From Nostoc punctiforme PCC 73102 (lineage in GTDB: Bacteria > Cyanobacteriota > Cyanobacteriia > Cyanobacteriales > Nostocaceae): a stretch of DNA of 32,000 nt. Under the pieces are notes generated by a model. That model was not told the DNA's origin. It saw only the letters and a list, made by a program, of their open reading frames with translations, and ran no database searches. The DNA lies in the NCBI RefSeq assembly GCF_000020025.1, contig NC_010628.1, forward strand, positions 300,001 to 332,000, read 5' to 3'. Of this stretch, positions 1 through 9,918 are shown piece after piece (positions within the stretch are counted from its first letter, which is position 1; each line of letters opens with the position of its first letter). A program made the position numbers and the translations under genes.

Positions 1-144
1 TTGAAGCGTTAAAAGCTTCTGTCCTAAAGACCATGTGTCCGCTTGATCAACTGGGGCTAACAATATAGTATAAGTAACAAATCCTAACCATATAGCCCAA
101 AGAATAGTTTTTCGGACATTTTCCAAGTCAAATTTATCCATCAT
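1..144 (-). CDS. 5' end of a hypothetical membrane protein gene, running off the left edge
   Basis: A reverse-strand ATG at 144 (second ATG at 141) opens a frame that stays open to base 1: MMDKFDLENVRKTILWAIWLGFVTYTILLAPVDQADTWSLGQKLLTLQ. WAIWLGFVTYTILLA looks like a TM helix. It is too short for the ORF track and no family was recognised. Confidence 0.35.
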   Translation of the reverse strand, partial: MMDKFDLENVRKTILWAIWLGFVTYTILLAPVDQADTWSLGQKLLTLQ

Positions 145-777
145 TTTCTTCCTATATTAAGTAGAAAATTAAATGTTCTCTACTAAAATCTCTAATAGAG
201 TTTCATGATGATTAATTTGTTAACATTTATAATTTAGCTGCTTAAATAAGCTATTTTCATGGCTCTTGAGAGAGAATCATTTTAGATTGAGCCTCAACTT
301 AAGATATATTAACCAATTGTCACTAACGATGGCATTCTGCTAGACCTTAATTGCAGCTTATCGTTCAAAACCTTTATTTTAAAAGCATCATTGCTCTTGG
401 AAATCTCTTGCTTACTTAGCTATTTACCCATTTTATAGTCACCTTATTTATCGTTGATTTACTTTGCGAGATTCAAAGCGATATCTACAATGAGCTACGC
501 CTAAAACTTTAGCAAAAGTAGCTATTAATGTAACGACTTTCGAGATTATTGAGAATAAACTTATTTTATTGACATGATCTGCCTACTTTGACGTTTCTAT
601 TTTTAAGAAAAGATTAGTCTTGAGTAAGTTAAGTCTCACATAAATTGCTGTTTTTAACTTACTTAAGTGTGCCTAATTATAGATACTGTTTTAAACCTAA
701 ATGTTTCAAAAGATAGGTGATATTTAGCTCTTTCAATTTTAATCTAAAACAATAAATAGTTTAAATAAATATACTGA

Positions 778-1923
778 ATGCTGATGTTCAGAAATAAATA
801 TCACAATTTTAATAAAAATATCAAAGATAATCTCCAAAAATCTTTGTTATTACAAGTCCCATCTAATTCTGGGATGCTGATGTTGAGAATCTATTGTGAT
901 GTTCTGCCACGAGTTCGTAAACATTTAGAATTCTGGAAGAAAAATGCTGAACAAATTCCTAATCCTGAATTACGTAAACAGGCTCTATTAAGTATAAGAA
1001 CTAAAACATTTCACTGCGAAGGTGGCTCTATCTATGGATTACTTGCCAAAGAAGAAATTGAGCCAATAATTTGCTTTATTGTTGCTTATCAAACAATTAG
1101 TGATTATTTAGATAACCTATGCGATCGCAGTAATTCCCTAGACCCGAAAGATTTCCGTACTCTCCATCAAGCTTGTTTAGATGCTTTAACACCTAGTGCT
1201 AAATGCATTAATTACTACCAGTTTCGTCAAGAGCAAGACGATGGCGGCTATCTGATGAAACTAGTAAAAACTTGTCAAAATGTATTAAGGCAGCTACCGT
1301 CTTATCAATTAATTGCCCCTAGTTTATATCATCTGGCTGATTATTATTGTGATTTACAAGTTCATAAACACGTCCAAGTTAAGGAGCGGGTTCCTCGCTT
1401 AAAAGCATGGTTTGAAAGACATCGTAACCAAATTCCTCAAATGAAGTGGTATGAATTTTCAGCTTCTACTGGCTCAACATTAGGAATTTTTTGCCTTGTG
1501 GCCTATGCAAGCGATCAAGATTGCTCTGAGGAATTAGCTACAAAAGTTAAAAACAGCTACTTTCCTTGGGTTCAGGGACTTCATATCCTACTTGACTATT
1601 TTATCGACCAAGAAGAAGACCGCATCGGTGGGGATTTAAATTTTTGTGCTTACTATAATAATGGGCAAGAAATAAGCGAACGGTTTGCCTATTTTCTCAA
1701 ACAGGCTGATAAAGCTGTTTCTCGTTTACCACACGATCGCTTTCATCGAATGATTAATCGAGCTTTATTAGGTGTTTATTTGGCTGATGAAAAAGTGAAT
1801 CAACAGGAAAATATCAAAGAAACTGCAAAAAAAATTCTCAGTTCATGTGGCGGTTCATCACTCTTTTTTATGTGGAATATTATGATTATGGCTCAAATTA
1901 GGTATCGAAAAATATTAGCATAA
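778..1923 (+). CDS. YtpB/DUF2600-like class IB (large) terpene synthase, tetraprenyl-beta-curcumene synthase family
   Basis: 381-aa ORF. It carries the conserved block LRKQALLSIRTKTFHCEGGSIYGLLA, the Asp-rich motif DYLDNLCD (nt 1102-1125) and a second metal-binding-type motif LDYFIDQEEDRIGGDLNF (nt 1591-1644). These match my memory of the Bacillus YtpB family; this is not a database hit. Confidence 0.72.
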   Translation: MLMFRNKYHNFNKNIKDNLQKSLLLQVPSNSGMLMLRIYCDVLPRVRKHLEFWKKNAEQIPNPELRKQALLSIRTKTFHCEGGSIYGLLAKEEIEPIICFIVAYQTISDYLDNLCDRSNSLDPKDFRTLHQACLDALTPSAKCINYYQFRQEQDDGGYLMKLVKTCQNVLRQLPSYQLIAPSLYHLADYYCDLQVHKHVQVKERVPRLKAWFERHRNQIPQMKWYEFSASTGSTLGIFCLVAYASDQDCSEELATKVKNSYFPWVQGLHILLDYFIDQEEDRIGGDLNFCAYYNNGQEISERFAYFLKQADKAVSRLPHDRFHRMINRALLGVYLADEKVNQQENIKETAKKILSSCGGSSLFFMWNIMIMAQIRYRKILA

Positions 1924-2133
1924 TTAATCTGATGTATGAAAGGATATATCTAACTAGATATTAGCTATAGATAAGCAAGCATATCCATCATCTAAAAGTC
2001 CAATATAAGTCTGTATTTGTTACTTATCTAAAAAATCATAAAACAGTCAATGAATCTGTAAAATTTTTGGTATTCCTTTAAAAAGATGTTCATCAATCAA
2101 AATAAATTCTAATTAGATAAGGATAATTTAATA

Positions 2134-3249
2134 ATGTCTAAAATTGTAGTCCTTGGGGCAGGGCCCGCAGGGTGTTCCGCAGGTTATCACTTGGCTAAAA
2201 GTGGGCATAAAGTCATGCTTATAGATAAGGACTGTTTCCCTAGAGATAAGACTTGTGGAGATGGAATCAGCCTTGGATCGGTTCAAGCATTATCCACAAT
2301 GGGGATATATCCAGACGATATTAAACGTTTAGCCTCTGAGTACGCTCAAATCGATGGATTTCTGCTCGGAGTTTCAAACGAGATTAGCCATCTGTGTCCC
2401 ACAGAGCTTAAAGGCTATTGCATACCTAGATTTGTATTCGACAATCTTCTTTATCAAAAAGCAATCAATGCAGGGTGTGTAGCTCGAACGCAGAGAATTA
2501 GCGATATTGAAGGCTATCACCAAGAACTTTATAGTGATTTTGATTACATAATTGATGCACGTGGTGTCTATGCAGGAGAAGCTAATGCGATCGCAATTAG
2601 AGCTTACTGGAGTATAAAAGTGGCGGATTTTCCAAAAATATATCTCTCAAAAGCTCAAATTTACTTTGATAAAGCTTTTGGGGTTAATGGATATGGTTGG
2701 ATATTTCCCGTAGCGGTAGACTCAGAATTGGTCAAGCTCAATGTTGGTGTGGGAGTGTGGCTAGATGAATATCAAAAGAACAATACAAACATTATTCGGC
2801 TTTTCAATGAATTTGTGCAGCGTAATCAGGCTACAAAACAACTCTTAAGCTTAGTAGTTAGTCAGCAAAAACCTAAAGCCTATCCCCTAGCTACCGCAAA
2901 ACGAGCTAACACAGTCAGCTATGGCAAGGTTTTCAAAATTGGTGATGCTGCTAATCTAACAGATCCTTTGACTGGTGAAGGAATCGCAAATGCTATTCTC
3001 AGTGGCTTATATGTGACGCAAGCGATTAATATGAGTACTAGTCCAGAATTAGCATCTGAAAATTGGCAGCGTCTTTATCAGCTGTACTTTGAGCCAGACC
3101 TCGATGCTGGTTTACAGATAAAGTCCTTTAGGAAATTCTCATTTATAAATAAGTTATTAATCTGGCTGATGAATAGGAATAAGCCATTTGCAGAGCAGGT
3201 AACTTATACATTTGCAGGCTTAATTCCTTATAAAAAGCTACTTCCGTGA
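2134..3249 (+). CDS. FAD-dependent oxidoreductase, geranylgeranyl reductase family
   Basis: 371-aa ORF. N-terminal dinucleotide-binding fold VVLGAGPAGCSAGYHLAKSGHKVMLIDKD and a C-terminal GDAANLTDPLTGEGIANA flavin-contact motif. An aagga sits about 12 nt upstream of the ATG. Confidence 0.8.
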   Translation: MSKIVVLGAGPAGCSAGYHLAKSGHKVMLIDKDCFPRDKTCGDGISLGSVQALSTMGIYPDDIKRLASEYAQIDGFLLGVSNEISHLCPTELKGYCIPRFVFDNLLYQKAINAGCVARTQRISDIEGYHQELYSDFDYIIDARGVYAGEANAIAIRAYWSIKVADFPKIYLSKAQIYFDKAFGVNGYGWIFPVAVDSELVKLNVGVGVWLDEYQKNNTNIIRLFNEFVQRNQATKQLLSLVVSQQKPKAYPLATAKRANTVSYGKVFKIGDAANLTDPLTGEGIANAILSGLYVTQAINMSTSPELASENWQRLYQLYFEPDLDAGLQIKSFRKFSFINKLLIWLMNRNKPFAEQVTYTFAGLIPYKKLLP

Positions 3250-3492
3250 CTCTCGTTATGAAGCCATCATTTATCTTCAAAATCTCCCTGATGTTTCAGT
3301 GTTCGACGTAATAATACACAATAGCAATAGCAGGCATCTGGCAGCTGAATCAGATTGCACCAGAGCTTTGGATAATCGCGTCTTTACAATAGACATCTGC
3401 AATGCCATAAGTTTTCACCTAGACATGATAAGGGTTTGAGATTCTTTTTCGGAGATATCTACTAGGCGTTTTTAGCCGATGTCGTCATTAAT

Positions 3493-4497
3493 TTATTTGT
3501 ATGCAACTATTACTTGCTGTTGAGTAGTTGGGAGTGAGTGAAGTTGGGAATGGGAAAAACCAGCATTGCTAAACATACTTTCGTACTCTGCAAATGTATA
3601 AGCATCACCATTAGGGGTTGTTGCTAACATGACTAAGCTGAAAGCAGCAGCATCAGGTGGCGTAATCCGGTCAGAATTAGGAATGAAATCAAAAACGATA
3701 ACCTTTCCCTCAACAGCCAGCGCAGTCTTGATTTTTCTCAGTAGTTGTTCACACGTTGCTACATCAAAATGATGTAAGAAGTTGGGGAGTAAAACCAGAT
3801 CGTAGTCATTACCGTAATCTACTTCAAAAGCACTACCAGCAATTGTATGGTAGCGGGAAGCTACTCCTTGTATCCTGGCGTTTTCTTTAGCAACCTCTAG
3901 AACCGATGCCCAATCAACACCAAAAATTTCGGCATTGGGGTTATGTTGGGCTACTGCAATACCAAATAAACCATGACTTGCTGAAATATCTAATACTTTC
4001 AGTGGCTCTATCTTATTCTCATTCACCAACTGAGCGATTAATTGTGCAGGGTTTGCCATCATCGGTGACATCGCTTTTGCAAATTGCACCCATACTGGAT
4101 GTTCTGGCGATAAAGTTCCTTCGGATGATATGGCAGTTCCTCCCTTGAGGACGGCAGCAGTCAAGTCATTGAAACCGTTAGTTATCATCGGAGATAGTAA
4201 AAACTCAATTGCATCTCCCACGTAAAATTTGCTTTGCCGATCCAAAAACATTGCTGAATCTGACGTAAGCCTATAACCTTCTGCTTGCTTTGTCATAAAG
4301 CCGATAATCACCAAGTAATCACACAACATTCGCATACCTCGCTCAGAGGTTTGACACTTTTGTGCAAGTGATTGACTCGACTCAATTCCTTGACTAATAG
4401 CAGTAAAAACATTCAATTCAACAGCGGCTTTAATTGCCGCACTGCGTTGGTAAGCATTAACTGTATTGAAGAATAGTGCAGGTGAGGGTGTTGACAT
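3493..4497 (-). CDS. Class I SAM-dependent O-methyltransferase with an N-terminal dimerisation/winged-helix domain
   Basis: The ORF track gives 3493..4512; I prefer the ATG at 4497 (MSTPSPALFF...). SAM motif I is LKVLDISASHGLFGIAVAQ, followed by acidic FGVDW. The overall plant/bacterial OMT (CrtF-like) layout is present. Confidence 0.8.
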   Translation of the reverse strand: MSTPSPALFFNTVNAYQRSAAIKAAVELNVFTAISQGIESSQSLAQKCQTSERGMRMLCDYLVIIGFMTKQAEGYRLTSDSAMFLDRQSKFYVGDAIEFLLSPMITNGFNDLTAAVLKGGTAISSEGTLSPEHPVWVQFAKAMSPMMANPAQLIAQLVNENKIEPLKVLDISASHGLFGIAVAQHNPNAEIFGVDWASVLEVAKENARIQGVASRYHTIAGSAFEVDYGNDYDLVLLPNFLHHFDVATCEQLLRKIKTALAVEGKVIVFDFIPNSDRITPPDAAAFSLVMLATTPNGDAYTFAEYESMFSNAGFSHSQLHSLPTTQQQVIVAYK

Positions 4498-4551
4498 ATA
4501 AATATTTTTCAATGACGAAATATAATCAGCGAACGCCTGTCAAACAAGTGG

Positions 4552-4653
4552 AGACATCTTGCAAAAGGAACTTTTGCAAGATGTCGGGGAAAGGTTAAAG
4601 GGTAAAGGGAAAGGGAAAATTCTATCCTTTTCCCCCACTTCTGCAAGAAGTCT
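4552..4653 (+). mobile_element. MITE-like element, family A copy 1 (102 bp)
   Basis: Terminal inverted repeats are AGACATCTTGCAAAAG (4552-4567) and ACTTCTGCAAGAAGTCT (4637-4653). It is flanked by a 3-bp direct duplication, TGG (4549-4551 and 4554-4556). It has a GGGGAAAGG...GGGAAAGGG / CCTTTTCCCCC core and a perfect 15-bp-arm palindrome at 4553-4585. It has the same ends as the copy at 9919-10055, in opposite orientation. Confidence 0.65.
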
Positions 4654-4748
4654 TGGGTATTGTTGGCGATCGCCATTATCATACCTTTGAGGTTTCCAAT
4701 AGCACAATCATGGGTAAAGCTACTTGGGAGCCGGAGCCGATCGATTAG

Positions 4749-5246
4749 TTAGCTATTATACGCAAATACTAAAAATTTAGTGCCTTCATAGATAAACTCT
4801 GTCATCTTGCACATACCCATCTTTTGATGTGCCTGAAGTGATGCTTTATTGTTTGCCTTGATGAAAAGTATCCCCTCCCGCTCTGGTAAAAAATCTTTCA
4901 ACTTGGCAAACATTACCGCAGCAATACCTTGCCCACGCATAGTTTCATCAACACAGATGGGGCCATATAAATAAGCATCTTTTTTACCAGCGTAGGCTTG
5001 TAACATCACCTTTATTATTGGTAAATTAGCAGTTGTCTTTGACCAACTGAGTAAGAATCCGATAACTTGACCATTTTTGCGGGCTACAACGCTTGGCATT
5101 TGAGATATGGTCATCATCACTGCTTCTGGCTCAAGATGACCTAACAACATACCACCATGTTCTGCGTCATTAGCTTGTGCCAACTTGATAATTCCAGTAA
5201 CATCGCTGAGGCTAGCACGGTCAATCAAGACATCATTGAGGCACAT
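4749..5246 (-). CDS. GNAT family N-acetyltransferase
   Basis: 165-aa ORF with acetyl-CoA-binding motif A, VDETMRGQGIAAVMFAKL, and a typical GNAT length. Confidence 0.8.
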   Translation of the reverse strand: MCLNDVLIDRASLSDVTGIIKLAQANDAEHGGMLLGHLEPEAVMMTISQMPSVVARKNGQVIGFLLSWSKTTANLPIIKVMLQAYAGKKDAYLYGPICVDETMRGQGIAAVMFAKLKDFLPEREGILFIKANNKASLQAHQKMGMCKMTEFIYEGTKFLVFAYNS

Positions 5247-5526
5247 ACCTGGTTGACATAAATAGGATAAACACTCAAAGCTAAAAATTTTCTTTTATAA
5301 GAATAACAGAGCAGAGCAAATCAGACATATTAGGTTAAGTAGCTTTTGACGGTTATATGTAGGTTATAGCACCCTTGCATCTGACAAAAAATTATTTTCG
5401 AGGCAAAGTTGCACTAAAGCAGCGATCGCATCGAACCGACAGTAAACTGAAAGCATGACGTTCTCTCCCGCCCGTTATACCATCAAATTAACGGCAAAGA
5501 ACGTGATAGCAGACCTACACCTCGCA

Positions 5527-5678
5527 CTAGTAGTCTGCCAACCCAAAAATGCTGAGTGAGGGCTGGGGAAAGGGGAAAGGGTAAAGGATTTAAACCCTTT
5601 CCCCCTGCCCCTTATCCCCACTTCGTGGGGGTCCCACCTTCCCCTTTACCCCGCCAAGTTCACTTGGCGAACTACTAG
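5527..5678. repeat. MITE-like repeat with a GGGAAAGGG core (family B)
   Basis: Inverted termini are CTAGTAGTCTGCCAA (5527-5541) and TTGGCGAACTACTAG (5664-5678). They enclose GGGGAAAGGGGAAAGGGTAAAGG ... CCCTTTCCCCC. No target-site duplication is visible. Confidence 0.5.
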
Positions 5679-5699
5679 TAAATGAGGATGAATGTCAGC

Positions 5700-6758
5700 T
5701 TAAAACAATCGTCCACAAGGAATTGTTCCGCGACGAATCGCATGACCGCTGGTTTCGGAATCATCCGCCCAGAAGAACTGTTTTAGATTGCTGGCGCATT
5801 CAGAATTGGGCGCAATGGCGATACCTTCATTGTTAATGTTTGACATCGAACTTGGGCGTTCGTAACCCTTGCGGATGATGAATTTGCCTTTCGTTGACGA
5901 GCCAACGGTGGTATCGATGGCGAGCAGGGTTGAGCGGTTGCTGCAATTGTTATCGCAATATGCCCATAAAGTCTCATTATCGCGATCGAAGGATAAATCC
6001 ATGATCTTTGTATTACCGCTAGCAATGGTAGCAATACGCGTATATGTAGAGTCGGAGTTGAGCGCGTAGGCATAAATTTGTCCATTTGCTTCCAATCCAA
6101 CAAAAAACAATCCCGTGCCATGCAACGGATAATTGGCTGGGTTGTAGAGCTGATTGGTACTTTCATCTATGAATCCATTAGCCTGCAAATAACTATCTGG
6201 CACCCACGCGATCGCTTCCAAGCCTAAATTAGTGGAGCTAACCGTTGGCAAATTAGAAGTTAAGTTCCATTCTTTAGTAGCATTGAGAGTGGTGGCACTG
6301 CTGCTGCTGTCATAACTCAGTACGCTGAAGCGGTTGGAGCCGCTGCCATCTCGCTCAGTAGAGACGTAGATAGTTGTTGAAGAAAACTCGGCTTTGGTCA
6401 CGCCTTCTGCATCCGGCGCACCAGTACCATTGGGATAGCGCAACGTTTTTCCAGAACTCCAATTATTAGCAGTATTTTTGACGAAAGTGCTGCCATTCCA
6501 AACCATGTTATAGAGTTTTGATGGTGAATTTTGCACCGCCCACAACACAGATGGTTGTGTTCCAGCCGCTGGGTCGTAGAACAAACCGCTGAGATTACCA
6601 CCGAACTGGTTAGAGCCGTCAGCAGTGACTACAGTTGTGCTGCTAGGCCATACGCTGTAGGTGACAGCGGCCGCTACCAATTTCGCACTCAATAAACTGA
6701 TGCCACAGGCAAAAAACAGCTTTGTGAGTACAAAGGAAGATATTGCTTTACATTTCAT
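5700..6758 (-). CDS. Secreted protein of unknown function, possibly a phytase-like/SdiA-regulated-type beta-propeller
   Basis: The ORF track gives 5700..6803. The internal ATG at 6758 yields MKCKAISSFVLTKLFFACGISLLSAKLVAAA, which is signal-peptide-like. The mature part is S/T/N/G-rich with an NNEGIAIAP motif and four Cys in the C-terminal ~90 aa. The fold assignment is weak. Confidence 0.55.
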   Translation of the reverse strand: MKCKAISSFVLTKLFFACGISLLSAKLVAAAVTYSVWPSSTTVVTADGSNQFGGNLSGLFYDPAAGTQPSVLWAVQNSPSKLYNMVWNGSTFVKNTANNWSSGKTLRYPNGTGAPDAEGVTKAEFSSTTIYVSTERDGSGSNRFSVLSYDSSSSATTLNATKEWNLTSNLPTVSSTNLGLEAIAWVPDSYLQANGFIDESTNQLYNPANYPLHGTGLFFVGLEANGQIYAYALNSDSTYTRIATIASGNTKIMDLSFDRDNETLWAYCDNNCSNRSTLLAIDTTVGSSTKGKFIIRKGYERPSSMSNINNEGIAIAPNSECASNLKQFFWADDSETSGHAIRRGTIPCGRLF

Positions 6759-7042
6759 TGTTTGATAATCTCTGAGAATAATTGAAGCCCATGCGCCGTC
6801 CAATTTTCGATGCGTAGATTGTTTGGATTACGCGGCATCACAAAAGTGGTGGTGAAATTCACTCTAGCAATTGGGTATGACTTAAAAAATTATAATTAGT
6901 TAAAATTTTGGTTAAAATTGGCTATTTTCGCGAAATTTCCGCCACACCAAAAAGCTGCTTTTGGAATGTGTAAAATTGTCCCGAATAAGTAGGTGGGCGT
7001 AAATAATTATCGTTGGGATTAGGCAATAGTCAATAGGCAATC

Positions 7043-7153
7043 AATACTTGTCAGGTTTTGGGGGAAAGGGATTCATGTTAAAGGGGAAAACCTTAGATAT
7101 CGGGACTTTCACCCATTTTACCCTTAACCTTTTCCCTTTAACCGAGCAGTATT
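7043..7153. repeat. MITE-like repeat with a GGGAAAGGG core (family C)
   Basis: Imperfect inverted termini are AATACTTGTCAGGTT (7043-7057) and AACCGAGCAGTATT (7140-7153), around GGGGGAAAGGG ... CCTTTTCCCTTTAACC. This accounts for the spurious ORF 7048..7242. Confidence 0.45.
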
Positions 7154-7513
7154 TAAGAGGCAATAAGTATAAGAGTTTTAGCCTAGTTCATTTTTTATAT
7201 AGTTTGATTTTATTGTGCCAAATTACTTACAAGGGTAATTGAAGCAGACCGAGCCAAGTGGCGGAAGAATAAAGCCACTAACCCTTTTCATGGATAGTTT
7301 CAATCCCTAGCTGTCTTATGTGCTGAAATGAAAGTTTGGTTTTGTCAATTGTTGAGATAAGGATGGCTACTTATGACTTTTGAGTATTTAACTATCTCTT
7401 CACAAGTTCCTCAAAATCTAGTTGTATAAATATCAATGAGGAGATCGGGTAGAAAGTAATTTTTTGGGAGTAACTCATCTGATAAATAATTAATAGTTGG
7501 AGTAATTTTAAGA

Positions 7514-8026
7514 ATGTTTCATAAAATCTTGGTAGCAATCAATAATACTGAAATTGGTCAACAGGTTTTTCAAGAAGCCTTGTCTTTAGCAACAGCAAAT
7601 AATGCGGAGTTGTTGTTGCTACATGTTATCTCACCTGTCGATGATGAAGAACTAAATTTTCCCAGCCCACAAGCAGATAGTATTTATGGAAGTTTTCATA
7701 CTCATGGTGTGGAATACTATGTCAGACAATGGGAAGCTTTAAAGAAACATAGAATTGAGTTTTTGACATTGCTAACTAATCAAGCTATCGCCCAAAATAT
7801 CAATGCAAGATTTATTCAGGAAATTGGCACTCCTAGCCGCTTGATTTGTGAAATTGCTCAGACTTGGAAAGCTGATTTAATTATTATTGGTCGTCGTGGT
7901 CTCACTGGAATAAATGAGTTGTTGCTGGGTAGCGTTAGTAATTACGTACTGCATCATGCTTCATGCTCAGTCTTAACTGTACAAGGAAAAACTCCTGTTA
8001 CTCAAAAAACTTCTCAAGCTGCATAG
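7514..8026 (+). CDS. Universal stress protein (UspA family)
   Basis: 170-aa ORF. Blocks are KILVAINNTEIG, ELLLLHVI and the ATP-binding-type C-terminus ADLIIIGRRGLTGINELLLGSVSNYVLHHASCSVLTV. Confidence 0.85.
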   Translation: MFHKILVAINNTEIGQQVFQEALSLATANNAELLLLHVISPVDDEELNFPSPQADSIYGSFHTHGVEYYVRQWEALKKHRIEFLTLLTNQAIAQNINARFIQEIGTPSRLICEIAQTWKADLIIIGRRGLTGINELLLGSVSNYVLHHASCSVLTVQGKTPVTQKTSQAA

Positions 8027-8072
8027 AGCATTCCATCTATTTAAATAATTTATTAATCTTGAAAAAATCCAC

Positions 8073-8125
8073 TTGGTTGATTAAGCTGAGTTCGACTTCG
8101 AGCTTCGACGTACCTTAATCACCAA
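8073..8125. terminator. Hairpin between the convergent usp and secreted-protein genes (possible bidirectional terminator)
   Basis: TTGGTTGATTAAG (8073-8085) pairs with CTTAATCACCAA (8114-8125), with one bulge and a ~28-nt loop. The flanks are A/T-rich but there is no clean U-tract. Confidence 0.3.
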
Positions 8126-8165
8126 AATTTTATGCAAAGCTATACTAAGCATGAATGTAAATCAA

Positions 8166-8591
8166 TTAATTCAGCCAAAACCCACCTACTTTTCCATCCT
8201 TGAGGCTAAGTCTCGCTAATACATCATCATTACCATCTTTAAAGCTAAGTTTCCACAAATAAACTTGATATCCTTGCTGATTCAGCTTACCCAAAAAAAC
8301 TGCCGAATACCCTTTCTTAAGACGAGGAGACAACTGCCCATTAACTTGTGTAAATATTTGCTTTGTAATAGCTTCTTTGAAGGCATCATTTCCTTGAGAA
8401 ATAAACTTAGTATAATTGTTTTCTTCAATAGCACTTATCAGATTTAGAAAAGTTCTTTGTACAGATTGTTCTGGTTGGTTAGCTTGAGCTTGTTTTATTT
8501 GCACGTCTACAGCTTGCACACTTCTTGCTAAAGCTAAAGTCAAAGGTGAGATGGTAACAAGTACTGCAAGTGCCAATCCTATCCTATTCAT
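8166..8591 (-). CDS. Small secreted protein of unknown function
   Basis: 141-aa ORF with a cleavable-looking signal peptide, MNRIGLALAVLVTISPLTLALARSVQA. No family recognised. It lies 170 nt downstream of cheB on the same strand. Confidence 0.6.
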   Translation of the reverse strand: MNRIGLALAVLVTISPLTLALARSVQAVDVQIKQAQANQPEQSVQRTFLNLISAIEENNYTKFISQGNDAFKEAITKQIFTQVNGQLSPRLKKGYSAVFLGKLNQQGYQVYLWKLSFKDGNDDVLARLSLKDGKVGGFWLN

Positions 8592-8761
8592 TTATTATTC
8601 TCTTGAGGATTTCCTTGGTTAATATGTAAATGATAATAACTTAAATTAATAACGCTGTTTTTAAAGTAATTTATTTATATTTAAATTAACATAACTTTGC
8701 TTTTAGAGTCAGGCTCAGGAAAGTAAATAACTTATAGCAAAGTTGTTATTGGTTATCGATT

Positions 8762-9826
8762 TTATTTACGAGTATCGCTCTTAGGTACGCCGGATTTTCT
8801 AAACATTATTTGCTGAATTAAACTAGTAGCGATCGCTTCAGGAGGCAAAATTTCAACTGCTGCATTTAGCTGAACTGCTGCTTTGGGCATTCCATATACA
8901 ACAGAGCTTTTTTCATCCTGAGCAATTGTATGCCATCCCCGCGATCGCAAAAGGCTAAGTCCCTGGGCACCATCTTGCCCCATTCCAGTCAGTAACACGG
9001 CGGTTCCTTTAGCATTCCAGTATTGGGCAAGACTTTTGAAAAATACGTCTACCGATGGGCGGTAGGGGTAATCAATGGGTTCTTTTGTGTAGTGTAAGGT
9101 TAAGTCAGAATGAAGACTGAGGTGATCGTTCGTGCCTGCAACTAACACGATTCCTTTCTCGAAGCGATCGCCTACCGTTGCTAATTGCACGGTTAAAGCA
9201 GTTTGTTGATTCAACCAATCAACCAGCCCGGCAGAAAACTGCATATCCACATGTTGAACGATCGCAATTGCAGCCCCAAAGTTTGCTGGAAGGCGGGAGA
9301 GAATGGCTGCTAAGGCTTTAGGACCACCTGTTGAGGAGCCGATCGCCACTAGGGGAGGAAGTAGGGTGGAGTGTGTGGAGAATGAAGTGAGTTTTGCAGT
9401 TTGGGGTTTAGGAGTTGAGGTTGGAGATGATTTGCCAATAAGCTTGGCGATCGTCGCAATTTTTGTTAATAATAGTTGGGCAGAATCCGAGCTTTCCTGA
9501 GTTCCTAAGATAGGAACATTCACTGCATCGCGGGCACCGTATCCCATCGCCTCAAACACTTTTCCGGCATTCTTGCTGACACTTGCGGTAACAATGATAA
9601 TGGCACAGGGAGACTGTTTCATAATCTGGCGGGTAGCTTCCACACCGTCCATGACTGGCATGAACAAATCCATCAGAATTAAGTCAGGAGTGTCTCTGGC
9701 GCAACGGGCAACCGCTTCTGTACCATCTCGCGCAATCCATGAGATTTCGTGACCTGGAACCGTCAGAAGCACCCGTTTGAGTGCTTCTACTGCCATAGCC
9801 GTATCGTTGACGATCGCAATTCTCAT
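8762..9826 (-). CDS. cheB: Chemotaxis response regulator protein-glutamate methylesterase CheB (WspF-like)
   Basis: It has an N-terminal REC ([23 protein letters not shown]) and an S/T/P-rich linker. The methylesterase domain has GSSTGGP (Ser), VQHVD (His) and GMGQDGAQG (Asp) contexts. The N-terminus [16 protein letters not shown] resembles my memory of Pseudomonas WspF. Confidence 0.95.
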
Positions 9827-9918
9827 TACAAGTCCAGACTTATTATCCGAATCGTGGATATATCCACTGTAGATGTTTCTACAGGAAAATTAGAGCTTTT
9901 AACCTACTCTTAATCCTT

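Noticed and set aside
3250-3492. Short reverse-strand frames between the reductase and OMT genes (e.g. ...DYPKLWCNLIQLPDACYCYCVLLRRTLKHQGDFEDK*)
   Set aside because: They are under 45 codons, have no start/RBS context and match no family I recognise. They may be a gene relic, but this is not supportable.
5455-5559. 34-codon ORF MTFSPARYTIKLTAKNVIADLHLA... running into the MITE-like repeat at 5527
   Set aside because: It could be the N-terminus of a gene disrupted by the repeat, but no continuation exists beyond the element and the peptide is not recognisable.
7048-7242. 64-aa ORF (TTG start)
   Set aside because: It lies almost entirely inside the GGGAAAGGG-core repeat element. Its G/K/F-rich translation is the repeat read in frame.
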